Assembly: GCF_009914755.1 (NCBI RefSeq)
Contig: NC_060925.1
Reading direction: 5' to 3' (one strand)
DNA length: 64,000 nucleotides
Source: the human T2T-CHM13v2.0 reference genome, Homo sapiens
Under the pieces are notes generated by a model. It made no database searches. It worked only from the letters and a program-made list of their open reading frames with translations, and was not told the origin of the DNA. Each line of letters opens with the position of its first letter. Position 1 is the first letter of the stretch. Positions 45,366 to 59,441 of the stretch are shown one piece after another. The position numbers and the translations under genes are program-made.

Positions 45366-48169
45366 CCAAAAAACTGAGCAGCAAAAACTTTCCTAGTAAG
45401 CAGACCTGAGAGAAAATTATCTGGTGGATTTTCATCAACAAGTAATTTACAATGTAGTGAGCAGTGTCCTCAACAATACTCTAATGATAAATACAAAAAT
45501 GAGAGACCTAATATTGCTTCTAACAATTTCCTACAATGATGACCAGTGGAATAATGCTAAAGTAGTTATGTAAAAGAATTCCAGAGGGACTCAAGGTGAT
45601 TCCAACCGAAGATGCAGATCCGATGGCTTGGCTTGAGACAAGGAAAAAGTAAAGAATATTCTATACTTTGTACAACTCTCTGTAAGTACTATTTCTTTTA
45701 TTGGAAGTTTTGAAATGTATCGATCAGCAGTAAGTCCAAACTTATAATCTCTTGAAATTTCTGGGGTGCAAATATTCTTAGTCGGATTTAAGTGCAAATA
45801 TTCTTAAATTTAAGCCAGCCTAGAAGGGTGGAGTGGGGTTAGGGTGACATGTTTTTATGTAGGTTGAAATGCTTAATTTAGACACTTGCCCATGCAGAGG
45901 CCACTTCCCTGGTTTTGCATAAAGTTGGCTTGAAGGGCTACCAATGAGCAGAAAACAAGGTTTGTTCCAAACCAGGAATATATAAGCAGATGAGGCCAGG
46001 TCTCTATGCCCCAGAACAATGCTGCAACAGAAAGGAGAATGGGGAGGAGGAAGACTCATAGGAGAGATGCTAAAGGGATAATGTCTTCAAAACTGGCCAC
46101 TAGTTGACTTTAAAAAAAAGTGGCATCTAGGAGGACTCTCAGGTTGGGAAAAACTTTCATTCAGGGGCTCTTTTCTTGTCATTGTATTGCTCTGAGCAAA
46201 TCATTCCCTGTCCAGTTACTGCTGGTAAAGAGAAAAGGGGCTGCTGCAGCCCAACACTACAGGAATCAGCTGCAAGCTTCAAAGAGGGTGCCTCGCCAGA
46301 GAAAATAACAAGAGAGGGACTCCCCCGAGCCCACACTTGAGGCCGAGTGACTGCAATCAGGAGCGAAGGCTTCTGAAGAGGAGCAATGCCTGAAGCTGAG
46401 GTATAAGCAGTCTCCCAGGGTCAGGGTCTCCCTGAGGTGGAGAAGCCTGTAGGCTGTCCACCCTGAGGGCCTGGGCAAGTGCTTGTGGTCCCTACACCTC
46501 ATTCCCTTGGTCACCTGCTTGTAGTTCAGCTATAATGGACAGGTCCACTCATGATGCCTCTGCACCTACTCAAGTGCATGCTACGCTTTTCTTTATTCCC
46601 TCAGGAGATTTCTACCAACCTATGGGGGGCAGCTGGGAAGTGTGGGGGAGGTAACAGCCCCAGAAACAGCCCTTAGCCAGTAGATCCCTATGGGATGGAA
46701 GTGGTAGATAAATGCCCCAGCTGTTCCTCCCTTCAGTGCTACAATCCTGAGGCATATTCTACAGTTTCTCAGAGGGCCCCTAGTAGAATGAGCCTTAGTT
46801 GCCCAGGAAGCAGAAGTTATGGAACAAGAAAAGTGGGACAGAAAAAAAGTCAACAAAATCTGTGTTATGGAGTGGGCTATTGCTATGGGATCATCTCCTA
46901 AGTAAGACAGGTATCATGATCTCAGGCTCTGCTTTCACAGAAACCTAGACTAAGCCAGCCTCTATCCCAGAATTAGTGAACTATAAGATTGGGTCAAGGA
47001 ACACTCCCCAAAAGGCATTAGGAAGGAATACAGTAATGGAAAATATAAAAGAAGAGTTAAGAGATCTGGCTGCTAGAAGTAGATTTGTCACTATTCAAAT
47101 AATAAAAAGGAGGAGTTCCAGGAGCAGACAAGAAAATTTTTGTAATAGTTCAAGTTAGTTTGTCTCTGTTGAACTTTATTGAGTAGATAGATATCAACTG
47201 CCTTCTCACTATCTCTTATCTTCAATTTCTCCTACCTTAAAGCTAAGGAAGTAGAGGGGAGACAAGTTCAATGGGTCAGGCATGTTGCCCTTGATTCATT
47301 TCCCTTGGCATCTGGTGATCAAAGCTGCTCAGACCTCAGTTTGAGTTGGTCATCTCTCTGCTCTACAGCTAAGACACCATGGCTATTGGCCTTCATCTAC
47401 CTCAACTCATTGGCTTATCTTCCCAGACATTTGAATTGCAGCTTCTAATCATTGGGGGGAATGACTTTCCAAGACAGTGAGGGTGAAAATCTGGATGTGC
47501 ACTCTCCTCATGAAGGGAAGAGGAGCAACTGTGGAGCTGTGTTGTTCCTGGCAAGGCCAGAGGGGACAATCTTTGCTGTCTAGGATCAGAAGGAGCTTTA
47601 GGCCCTGCCATACCAATGAGGGTCAGAAATGCCAAAATGAGTCTAGAAATTACAGCCTTCACTTTGGTGGCTCCTTAGACTAGCCCAACATCACTTTCCT
47701 CTCTCCTTCTTTCTCTTCCTCCCAATACATATTGTTCCTCTGTAACTCTGGGTGAACATCCCATCCCACAAAAATGGCAATGACTTTAGGAGTAATGCTG
47801 AGACCCAAGTGGAGGATTTTCCCATAATTTTTCTTTTTTTCTTTCTTTACTTTTTGTTGGGCAAGACAGGGAGGGCAGGTTTTGCTGCGAGAGATCAGAG
47901 ACCTGCTTTCACAGGCTTTCTGTATGAGCTACAGCAGCTACCTTTCAGCCAGACAGATCTTCTCTAGCCTCTCAGTGGAACCTGTGTGAGATTAATATAT
48001 CAAGTCCCATTTTCCTGAGAGAAAAACTGAAACATAACTAATAATTAGTTAAGTGTATACTCCCTACATATATATGTCATAGATACTTTTAAATGTATTA
48101 TTACTAATCCAATATAAAATTTAATTGGAATGTTTTAAAATATTTTATTAACTCAAAATAGGGAGGGAA

Positions 48170-48960
48170 AAGGGAATTGTAACTGCAAAAACTCAAAACA
48201 AAACATAGAACAACAAACAGGAAAATGGTAGACTTTCAAAACCATATCAATAATTACATATAAATGACTTAAACCATTCAATTTAAAAGGCAGAGATTGT
48301 CAGAATGGATTTTAAAAAGAAGATCCCCTTTAAATATCATAACAGAGATAAGTTGAATGTAAAATAATGAAAAAAATACCATAAAGACAATAGGCATAAA
48401 AACGTTGTCATATTAATTTACCAGAGATCAATAGGAATATTTCTCTATTGACAAAAGCCAATTCAGTAGGAAGACATGGCTACTTTAAATGTGTGTGCCT
48501 AATAACAGAACTTCAAAATAAATTAATCAAAACTGATAGAAATTTAAGAACCAATATCATTTATAATAGTATCAAAAATATAAAACACTTTTAAATTTAA
48601 CAAAATACTTGCAAAACCTTTATGGCTAAAGCTAAAAATTACCTCTGAGAGAAATTAAAGAGACCTAATTAATAGAAAAGATATGTCATTTTCATAAATT
48701 TGAAGACTCTATATTAAGATGTCAATTTTCCCCAACTTGATCTATTAATTAAATGCAATCCCAATCAAAATCATAAGCATATATTTTATAAATGTAAAAG
48801 TTGATTCTTAAATTTATGTAGAAAAGCAAAGGATCTAGACTCGCCAAAACAATCTTAAATAATCAAGAGGACTCTACAATGAAAAATGATGATATCATGA
48901 ACCTACACTCACCAAGACAGTGCAATATTGGCAAAAAGATAGACAAGTGGATCAATGGAT
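48170..48960 (+). mobile_element. Old L1 fragments
   Basis: aaaaggcagagattgtcagaatggatt; aaatgcaatcccaatcaaaatc. Confidence 0.7.
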
Positions 48961-50857
48961 AGTTTTTTAATTGTGATGAGTAGGTCTCTGTAGAAATGAG
49001 TGCCCACATTAAGAGTGACTGACTGTGATGCTTGGTGCTAACAGATTTAGCACCAAGATTTAACATCACTTGTGTTTTTGCAAGGGTTGTTAATGTTTTG
49101 AAAGTGATCTGGTTGCAAAGGCCCATTGGTTTTCAAAGTTCCATTGGTTTTATGTGTTCTTCCTCTAATCCTAACTTTCCTGTATGTCCTATTAGTTTTA
49201 GTGTGTGATTTTGAAGAATGCAAGGTTTTTCAGAAATGCATATATATTGTTATACCTGAGATGCCTGTATTATAAGTAACAACTGCCATATACAAATTTT
49301 ACAAATTTAAAACAAAAAACCTTAACTCTGTCTCCACTCCCACATGTCCTCCATTCCATCATCCTGTTCATACACGGAATCAAGAGAAAATGTTTTCAAG
49401 TAGAAAGAGCAACATCTTCAGAATCAGACAGAATTGAGTCTAATCTTCATTCCATCACCTACTAGCAATGCTACCTCCAATGAGTTTCTGCTTCTGAGCC
49501 TCAGTTTCCTCATCTGTAAAATGGAGAGGGTATGTGGAACTTAGGAAGAGGCAACTGTGGCAGAAGCCAATAGCTGTTTTTTTTCTTCCTGAGCACATAT
49601 AATAAGGTCACAAGTTTGCATTTCCTTGCCTTCCCTGCACAATGTGTGGCCTTGTGACTAGTGCTTGCCAATGGGCCAACGGCATGTGGGCACAATCAGG
49701 GTGGTCACTTCGGGATCAAGTCTGAGGAAGCATTTGCACCTTTGCTCTGCTCTCCTTCCTCTCTGCTGGCTGGTTTCAGACAGTTTCCAGGCCCTTGAAG
49801 ATAGAAGTCCCACTAATGTAAATAGTTGGAGATGAACAGAAGAGTGGGCCCCTGAGTCTTTCTCAACTGTGTGAGAAAGAAACTTCTATTGTATTTGAGT
49901 CATTATAGCTTTTTAGTCCACTTTTATAGCAGTTTAGCTCATCTTAATTGAAACAAAAAATTTACTCAACAACATGGAAATCAGGGAAATGAGACTACCT
50001 CTTAGAGATAAACTTTAAAATCCTAGATCCGAGCAGAAATATTCAGTATCCCCTCAAGAGGAAAGACCAGTTCCCAGACCTAACAGTTATTTGGAGCTGG
50101 AGGAAAGTTTTAGCAAATAAAAAGGCAGTGTATGCATGAGAAAAAATGTTGTAGGAAGGGATGACACGGTGAGCTGAGGAAGTGCAGACAAATGGCCGTC
50201 ACAGACAGAAACCAGGCTGAGTCTTTCTGGAAACCTACCTGAGGAGAGGCAGTCTCGGTGAGCAAACTCAATAGCCAAGCGTCCCCAAAGAGGCCCTCCC
50301 CATCGGACCAGACTTAACAATAGGATCACTTCTGCAGATGCCCCGGGCCCCAAGCCAGAATATCCAGGGATGGAGCCAAGACCAGAGAATCTTCCAGAAT
50401 TTCCACAGGGGATATGACACCTACTGATACAGACTGCCATCAAAGATGAGAGCTCCTTGATAGTAGCCGACTTCTCTTATTCTGATTCCATGCCCAGTAA
50501 GCAACTGAGGGCATAGTGCCCATGGGGTGAGATGGCCTGGGTCAGGTGGACAGAAAGGCTGGTCTACTTGACAGCTATAAATAGCAAATTGACATTCTGT
50601 GTTGATCCAAATTGCTTAAATTCACTGTGTCTCAGCTTCCTCATCTGTAAAATGGGAAGAATAATAGCACTTATCTCATAGGGTGAAGATTATGAGATGT
50701 TCTATGGAAAAGGCCTAGAACAGTACCTGGCCCAGAGCAAGTGCTGCTGCTATAAGCATTGTACATCAGGCACTGTGAGCTTGGTTAATGTGACTCTGCA
50801 TTTGAGAGCTGAGGCCCTGTCACTGTGTCACAAAAGCAGCTTAAGAACAAGACTTTT

Positions 50858-51025
50858 TGGGAGGGAGAGCATTAGGACAAATATGTAATGCATGTGGGGC
50901 TTAAAACCTAGATGACGGGTAGATAGGTGCACCATGGCACATGTATACATATGTAACAAACCTGCACGTCCTGCACGTGTATCCCAGAACTTAAAGTAAA
51001 ATTAAAAATAAATAAATAAATAAAT
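50858..51025 (+). mobile_element. L1PA extreme 3' end
   Basis: atgtaacaaacctgcacgtcctgcacgtgtatcccagaacttaaagta followed by (AAAT)n. Confidence 0.85.
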
Positions 51026-52674
51026 AACAAGATCCTGAAGAGTGGCTAATTTACCAAGCTGTGTATCAGTTCATGGATTCCTCTCTGGGCAGCCAGAGTC
51101 CCTCCTTAGGTGATAACATGAACACCTAACATTGGCATATGCCCAAGTATTTGAAACTGCGAGTGGGGATTATATGGAAAACTGTCTGAAGTGCCTAATA
51201 AGGGTTTATAGTACACAATCTTCCCTCAATTAATGGGTAGCATTTGTCTCTCTTCTAAAACACCATAAAGTCTTTGAACCAGCAGCTGGAAACCATAATT
51301 TGGGAAGGGATGCCTAACATTCTAAGGAGACTGCATTGCTGGGCTAATTTTGATTGTATAAGAACCTACAACAGTCCAATTCCCAGAGTCTGTGGACCGA
51401 AATAAATTCAGCAGGAAACTGTAGTCTTACTGAGTGATAATATGATTTGACACCCAAGTAATAGAAACATGCATTGGAGGACAGAAGAAATGTCAGCACC
51501 AGCCCTTTTCCACTTGTAAAACTCCTCATTCTTCTTCAAGATGCAGCCCAAATGCAACCTCCTCTCTGAAGCTTTCCTGAACTCCCTTAGGCTGAGTTAC
51601 TCAGGCCCTCCTGTGTCCTGTAGCCCCTTCTCTTGCTCATGTAATTATGTTTCTATGTCTGTGACCGCCATTAGATTTTAGCTCCTCCTGAATAACAGTT
51701 TCTTAGTGACTTTTATATACTCTGCAAACAGCACACTGCTTGGCACGTAGTAGATGCTCACAAAATATTTGTTGTTGAATTAATGCAGTGGGTCTCGATT
51801 TCCCTCCTTTTCTTCCCTAAGCCTGGAGCTAAGGCAGGTGAACCTTCAGAGTCCTTTGAGGGGCAGAGAGAAGTCAAGTCAAACCTGGGGGAAGGTGGCC
51901 GCCTCTGCTTCCGTGGCTCCCTCAAGAACATGCTTGTGGAACCTTGCACCGTGAGGACTGGAAGGCACCTCAGAGTATCTAGAGAGCTAGGAGATGTCCT
52001 TGGGCAAGATACTGTGATACCAAATGTTATTCATTTAACAAACCTTTGTCAAGGGTCAACACATGCCAGGCCATAAAGAAGCTACAGTTCCTATCCTTAC
52101 AAATCATACAGGGTGAGGCAGAGACAGACCTGTACACAGGTATAATAGGCACACAGTACTGTGTGACAAGTGCTCGGACAGGAGGGAGCACAGGAAAGGA
52201 CACTGAAGAACAGACCTTGAATATCTCGCAGGAGAGTCCATGTCAAAGCCAAGAGCCCACAGCGGAGCGAAGTTGCCTTGGAGGAGGAAGCGTCACAGTT
52301 CTCTGTGACAGAACAAGAGGACTGCCCCGCCCCTTTCTCAGAAGGGGCATCATAGGAAGCAGAACTGGCTAGAGCATCTCCACCATCTTCCTTCAAGCAC
52401 GTGGACCGACACCCAGGCCTCCTGGTGTCCTGACACTGCAGACTCCTGGAATATACCTCCACCAGCAGGCAGGAATCTGTCCTATTCCCAGCAACCACTA
52501 GAGGCACTGCCTGACCCTACTGCGGCCACAAGCAGAGGGACCCCAGGATTCTCAAATCTGTTACCTTGTCTCACCTCCCCTAGGAAGCAGAAGAGTGCTA
52601 TGGTGAGTAGAGATGATCCATGAGACCCAAGCTTTATCTTACTGCAAACAAAATCCACATTAAAAAAGAAATAA

Positions 52675-54169
52675 GAATTTCCACCCACAATTTTATTATT
52701 ACTGAAAGCATTTGGAATGAAGCAAAGGATTTAACAATATATATAAAAATATACATTTTTTAAAAAATCGCAAGTAGACAATAGATTTATGGAATTATTT
52801 TTCTGATCATCCAGAAAAGATAGCAATAGTAAACTGCAGTTGGGTGAGACCAGCCACTGGTCCATGAGACCTAAGCAGCCCTAACGCTGCCTGAGCTCTC
52901 AAGAGTAGAAGAAATGCTCGACAAACAGAAGGAGGCTGTGGGAGGGCAGCAGGACAGCCCCACCAGAAAACCAGAGCCCAAATGGGCTGGGCAGGGCCAG
53001 GGCTGAGGTATCGGGATGCAGGAACAACCAGGAACCCCATGTGGGTTGAGGAGACATGCCAATTATTCTGGCCTGGAGAGGAATTACCAGGACACAAGAA
53101 CTCAGACCATCTGCAAGCAAGCTCCCTTGTGTGTGTTCACTTTAAATCAATTCGTGTTTAACTCACTGAATGAATACGTGGGTTTGGGTGGGAATCATCC
53201 CTGTGTCTACGATCATCTCAAGGAGACCAGAGAAGGGAAGGCACAACCAATCAAAGCAGTTTCCCCAATTAAGCTTAAGTGCCCACTAGGATGGGCGCCA
53301 GCTACTAGGGCTTCAGGGAAAGCAAAAGCCATGAGGCCCAGGCCCTGCCCCAAGGAGCTGGCGCTCTAATACAGTGAGAGCACTCGCTCAGAAGACTGTG
53401 CCTTGTGGCCCATGATTGGACGTGGGACAGAGTAACAGGATTGTTTCCACGTATGTGGACAATTAGGATAGGGTTAGAGAAATCCTTGTGATTTGAGATG
53501 GGCCTGGAGGGACAGGTACGATATTGACAGGCAGAGATGGAAAGTGTGTGGGCAAAAGCTCCCCAGGGCCTGTGCAGCAGGAGTGGGAGGTGGCCTTCCC
53601 AGGAGGGTTTGGAACATACTGGCAGCTACGGGAAGTGAGGTTGGAAAGGGAGTGGGAGCTGGAGGCCAGGCCAATGCAGGGCCCAAGCATACTCACTTAT
53701 TCTTTCATTCATTCAAGAAAGATGTGTGGAGTGCAAACCCTCCACCTGGTGCCCCTCCAGGTGCTGGGCACACAGGTGAGCAGGACAGCCCCCACCCCCC
53801 AAGGCTGGCATCGCCTCCCTGGAGAGTTCTGAGTGGGAGCGCCCCATGCTCAGCGCTGTGCTTCCAGGAGCTCCTGCCAACTACGAGGGAAGTGGAGGCT
53901 GCAGCCTGGTCTTGAGTGAGGGCCAGGCCCGCACCAGGTGTCACAGCCAGGAGGGGTTACTTCACAGGACAGTGAGGTCAGCAGGATCAGCACAGGGACC
54001 CCCTTACCAGGCCAGCCATGTTCCCCACAGCTGACACTGGGGAAGAAATGTCCCCATCAATGTCTGGGATGGAGGGACAGGAGAACAGGGCTTAGAAAGG
54101 AGAAGGGAGGCCAGGAAGCGGGAGAATGAACCCCTAACCCTTCCTCCGCCGCCCTCTGCTGCTGGCCTG
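52675..54169 (-). other. GPA33: GPA33 3' UTR; AATAAA on the minus strand at 52692-52697 (end approximate)
   Basis: tttatt on + at 52692-52697, at the end of an AT-rich block ~1.5 kb past the stop codon. Confidence 0.72.
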
Positions 54170-54302
54170 TCACTGGTCGAGGTGGTCCGGGGATTCACGC
54201 CCAGTGCTCCTCTGCTCTTCTTGCCTGTAGTCATCCTCCTCCTCCCTCTCTCTGGAAAGTTCTCTTAGCTGCTCTGGTGGCTCCTCATAGGCTTCCCGGT
54301 TC
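54170..54302 (-). CDS. GPA33: GPA33 exon 7, coding part (acidic cytoplasmic tail)
   Basis: ccctgcag|G AAC CGG: (P)NREAYEEPPEQLRELSREREEEDDYRQEEQRSTGRESPDHLDQ-TGA. Confidence 0.96.
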
Positions 54303-54811
54303 CTGCAGGGCAGCAGGGGACAGAGGGGAAGGATTTGCTCTCAGGTGGACCCTCAAGGGAGCTGGGCCTCATGTGCATTACAGGAAGAGCAGCCTCCAGA
54401 CCTCCTCCCCACCCACCAGCTGCAGAGGACACTGGGCTGAAAGGCTGGGCTGAGAGTAAAGGTGCCACAGACTTGTTCCACGCATGAGCTGAGGGGGTTA
54501 CAGGAACAGGCTGGCTTTACCAGCCCAGGAGGAACTGGCCCCGTGACAGGGGCTCCAGGCCACACTTGGCTCTAGTCATGCCACAGGAAGCCCGGCCCTG
54601 AGCTCCCAGACTGGAAAACCACAGGACTGGGAGGCAGGTCCTGGGGCTGCAATGCACATTTTATGGCTTGGACAGGTCATTGTTTCATCAGCACAAAATG
54701 GGGGTGATATACCCCAAGGGGTGCTGCAAGTAGAAGAGGCTGTGAGGAATTGGGAAGCATATTTCCAGTCTCCCCAGACCCTTCCAACAGGCTACCAGCC
54801 CAGACACTCAC

Positions 54812-54947
54812 GGCCTTGCATCCTCCTTGTCTTCAGTGTTGTCGTCCTTCCCTCGGCAGCAGCAGCAGTAGATGATGATGCCAATGATAATGAGGGCTGC
54901 AACCACGCCCACCGCGATGCCCACATACAGGGCCACGTTCATGGAGG
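54812..54947 (-). CDS. GPA33: GPA33 exon 6 (transmembrane helix, CCCC palmitoylation site)
   Basis: ctcttgcag|(P)SMNVALYVGIAVGVVAALIIIGIIIYCCCCRGKDDNTEDKEDAR-CC|gtgagt; 136 bp, phase 1 to 2. Confidence 0.97.
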
Positions 54948-55565
54948 CTGCAAGAGGACAGAGCAGCTGCACTTGCCGAGCTTCTAAGCTAGCTCCGGGT
55001 CTCCTCCCAGCCAGGGGAGCAGCAGCTACCAGCTTCTGGTAACACTCCATGAAAGGCATGGTCTTGGAGGAATGTGACCAGCCATGGCCCAGGAATATTC
55101 TTCAGGATGGAGGTGCAGACAGAGACATATGGTCCACTTCACATCTTAACACTTTCCGGGCTACCCTGGCTCTGCAAAAGTCCTCAGATGTCAGCCCAGC
55201 CAGCTCTTTAAGCTAGATTTGGTGTCTCACCCCAGAAGGATGTGGTCCAGACTCTGCGGCAGCTGCCCTGGGCACTTCCTCCACGCCCACCGAGTGGTTC
55301 CTAGGCAGGTGGGACTGACAAAGCCTCTGAGTCCTAGAAGTCAGTCCTAGGTTCCACTTCCAAACACCAGTGGAACTGGACTGGCCTCAGAGTGAGGGGA
55401 GCCTGGGACAGAGTCATCCTGCCTAGGTCACCACAGCTAACCTGCAGGTGCGTGGCCCTAGAGAGGTTCCCCTATTCCTCCTCACGGTGGTCTCAGCTGA
55501 CTTTCTGGACCCCCACCAGTTATCCTGTGGCGTTTGTCAGCCCTCCCCCCGCAGGCTGCTCTTAC

Positions 55566-55685
55566 GAGATCTGACGGCCACCGTGATGTTGCAGAACTGC
55601 GTCCCCTCCTCATTGCTGGAGGTACAGATGTAGTAACCCGATGTGTCTGTGGAGATATTCTTCAGGGAGACAGGCTGACCTGAGG
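55566..55685 (-). CDS. GPA33: GPA33 exon 5 (second half of Ig C2 domain)
   Basis: Minus strand cttcccctgcag|CC TCA GGT: (A)SGQPVSLKNISTDTSGYYICTSSNEEGTQFCNITVAVRS-C|gtaag; Ig D-x-G-x-Y-x-C motif; 120 bp, phase 1 to 1. Confidence 0.96.
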
Positions 55686-55879
55686 CTGCAGGGGAAGAAG
55701 AGTCAGGGTGAAGAGAGGCACTACAGTGGAGTGGAGACAGCCAGGAATGGGAGGTCTGGACTCCTTGGGAAGCACAACCTCTGCCACTGAGCTTCTTCAG
55801 GCCGGAGCCCCATGTCCACCTCCAGGGCTGCAGGACGCTTAAACCAGGCAGGGCCCACAATGTGAAGTGCTCAGAATTC

Positions 55880-56090
55880 AGTCAGGCACCCTGGGTTTGA
55901 CACCTGGCTCTGCCACTTATTAATTTGTCTTTAGCAAGTAACTCAGCTTCATTCAACCTCCATTTCCTCATCTAAAATCAGAAATAATAGTACCTGCCTC
56001 ACAGGGTACTTGCAAGCATAAAATGAGGTACTAATAATAAATATAAGCCCACAACAGAATGCCTGATATGTAGTAAGTGCTCAGGAAACA
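55880..56090. mobile_element. MIR
   Basis: ctgggtttgacacctggctctgccactta...tttcctcatct..aataatagtacctgcctcacaggg. Confidence 0.75.
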
Positions 56091-56242
56091 TAATGCACAT
56101 TATGTATTACATGAAAATGCTTTCTAATCAGAAGATATTATTACTTTTATGATCTTCAGAAACCAAATCTCTTAGCTTAGACTCATATGAAAGAAGCCTT
56201 TGGAAATCAAAAACTCTGATCTCTGGATTTCTGCCATGAGAG

Positions 56243-58232
56243 AGGTGTGTGGGGTGTATGTGTGTGTGTGTGTCTGTGTGTTATGTGGTGTGTGTGGTGT
56301 GTCAGTGTGTGTGGTGTGTCAGTGTGTGTGGTGTGTGGTGTGTCAGTGATGTGCAGCGTGTGTGTGCTGTGCTCTGTGAGAGTAGTGTGTGTATGGTATG
56401 TGGTGTGTGTGGCATATGTGTGGTATGTGTGTATAGTGTGTGTGATGGGAGTGTGATGTGTGGTGTGTGTATGTGGCATAAGGAGTGTGTGTGATATGAG
56501 ATGTGTATGTGGTGGCTGGGTGGTGTATGGTGTGCTGTGCACTATGAGAGTTGTGTGTGTGCATGTAGTGTGTGGTGTGTGTATAAGGAGTGTGTGTGCT
56601 GTGTGTGTATAGTGTGTGTTTTGTGTGTGTTTCTGGGTTGTGTGTGGTATGGGGGTGGTGAATGTGTATTTGTGGTGTGTGGTGTGTGTGTGGTATGTGA
56701 ATGTGTGTAAAGTGTGGGAGGTATATGTGTGTGGTGTGGGGGGCAGTGAGTGTGTGTGGTGTGTGTAGTGTGTATGTGTAGAGTGTGTAGTGTGTGGTGT
56801 ATGTGGTGTGTGTGGTGTATGTGGTGTGTGTGGTGTGTGTATGGCGTGTGTGTGGTGTATGGTGTTTTGGGGTGCCTGGGAAGTATATGTGTGTGGTATG
56901 GGGGGCAGTGTGTGTGTTGTGTGTAGTGTATGGTATGTGAGGGGTGTGTGTATGGTGTGTGTAGTGTGTGTGATGTGGTGTGTGTTGTAAGTGTGTGATG
57001 TGTGTGGTGTGTGTAGTGTGTGTGGTGCATGTGGTAAGTGTGTGATGTGTGTGGTGTGTGGTGTGTGGTGTGTGCGGTGTGTGTAATATGTGTGGTGCCT
57101 GTGGTGAGTGTGTGATGTGTGTGGTGTATGTAGGGTGTCTGGTGTGTATGGTGCATGTGTGATGTGTGTGTGGCATGTGTAGTGTGTGGTGCGTGTGGTG
57201 TGTCTGGTGTGTGGTGTGTGTGTGGTGGTGTGTGTAGTGTGTGGTGCGTGTGGTGTGTGATGTGTGTAGTGCATGTGTGGGGTGTGTGTGTGGTGTGTGT
57301 AGTTGTGTGGTACATGTGGTGTGTGTTGTGTGTGGTGTGTGTGTGGCATGTGTAATGTGTGGTGCATGTGGTGTGGTGTGTGTGTGGCAGCATGTGTAGT
57401 GTGTGTGGTGTGTGGTGTGTGATGTGTGTGGTGTGCGGTGTGTGTAGTGTGTGGTATGGTGAGTGTGTGATGTGTCTGGTGTGTGGTGTGTGATGTGTGT
57501 GGTATGTGGTGTGTGTAGTGTGTGTGGTGAGTGTGTGATGTGTGTGGTGTGTGTAGTGTGTGTGGTACGGTGAGTGTGTGATGTGTCTGGTGTGTGGTGG
57601 GTGTGTGGTGTGTGTAGTGTGTGTGTAGTGTGTGATGTATGTGGTGTGTGTGGTGTGTGTATGGCGTGTGTGTGGTGTATGGTGTTCTGGGGTGTCTGAG
57701 TGGTATATGTGTGTGGTATGGGGGCAGTGTGTGTGTTGTGTGTAGTGTATGGTATGTGAGGGGTGTGTGTATGGTGTGTGTAGTGTGTGTGATGCATGTG
57801 GTGTGTGTGATGAGTGTGTGATGTGTGTGGTGTGTGTAGTATGTGTGGTGTGTGTGGCGAGTGTGATGTGTGTGGTGTGTGTAGTGTGTATGGTGCATAT
57901 GGTGAGTGTGTGTTGTGTGTGGTGTGTGTGGCATGTGTAGTGTGGTGCGTGTGGTGTGGTGTGTATGTGGCAGCGTTTGTAGTGTGTGTGGTGAGTGTGT
58001 GATGTGTGTGGTGTGTGTGTGGTGTGTGGTGTGTGTGGTGTGTGTAGTGTGTGTGCTGCATGTGGTGTGTGTGGTGTGTACTGTGTGTGGTGTGTGTGGC
58101 GTGTGTAGTATGTGTGGTGTGCAGTGTGTGATGTGTGGTGTGTGGTGGGTGTAATGTGTGTGGTGTGTGATGTGTGGTGTGTGTTGCATGTGTAGTGTGT
58201 GTGGTATGGGGGGTGGTGAATGTGTGTGCTGT
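56243..58232. repeat. Complex (TG/TGG)-rich VNTR in GPA33 intron 4
   Basis: ~2 kb of gtgtgtggt / gtgtgtagt / gtgtgat variants with internal block duplications. Confidence 0.97.
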
Positions 58233-58979
58233 TGGGGTGGGACGGAGGCAGACTGTCTAGACTCTTCCTCTACATCTGCCGCCACTTGAGCAAGCCATTT
58301 AACTTCTTTGAGCTGTAGGCTTCCTTCGGAAAGCAGGAGTGAAAACACCTGATCCTCCTGAATCGAAGAGAACGGACCAGAATATCTCATGGAAGACCTT
58401 TCCCCTCAATCTATCATCCTATGAATTTCTTCATCTTGAAAGCAAGAGCTTTGTGCTTGGGCATATGTATATGTCCTGCCATCCAAGATGCTTTGTTATA
58501 ACTGCTATTTTGAGAGGAGCTGGAGACCTACCTCCTCTAATTTTGCTGCAGAGCCAGCCTTGCCTGATCCCTGCTGCCACCAGGTGGTTACACGCCATCC
58601 CTAAGAGACGCTCTAAATTGTAAATACGATCCTGTCACTGCTCTGTTCAGACATTTCAGGGGCTGCCCAGCAACCACTAGACGTAATCCTCAGTAACAAG
58701 TCCAAGCTTCAGGTCACAGATCTGGCCCTGTCAATCATACCAGCTTTGCCTCTTGCCACTTGGTGCTAGGGGCAAAACCAGGGGAGTTGTCCTCTCTCCG
58801 CCCCACCGTCACTTTCCTGCAAGATTGCATCTCAAGATTTTCCTTCTCCGGATGTGCTGCTCAGTACACATCCTCAAATGTGATGTCCTTTCATCCTTCC
58901 AGCAATCCTCAATATTTCAATCTCCAATTCATGGAGTTAACTGGAGGCTTAAAGAAGTTAAGTGAACTGCTCAAGGTCA

Positions 58980-59441
<462 letters not shown>

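Noticed and set aside
52807-54234. Cluster of overlapping 60-140 aa ORFs
   Set aside because: GC-rich GPA33 3' UTR; ORFs occur on both strands with no recognisable protein.
56207-58390. 727-aa (and overlapping 572- and 283-aa) His/Thr/Pro-rich ORFs, sense to GPA33
   Set aside because: The CA-rich strand of a TG VNTR is almost devoid of stop codons, so long ORFs appear in several frames; there is no domain or exon structure. Only ribosome profiling or peptide evidence would revive it.
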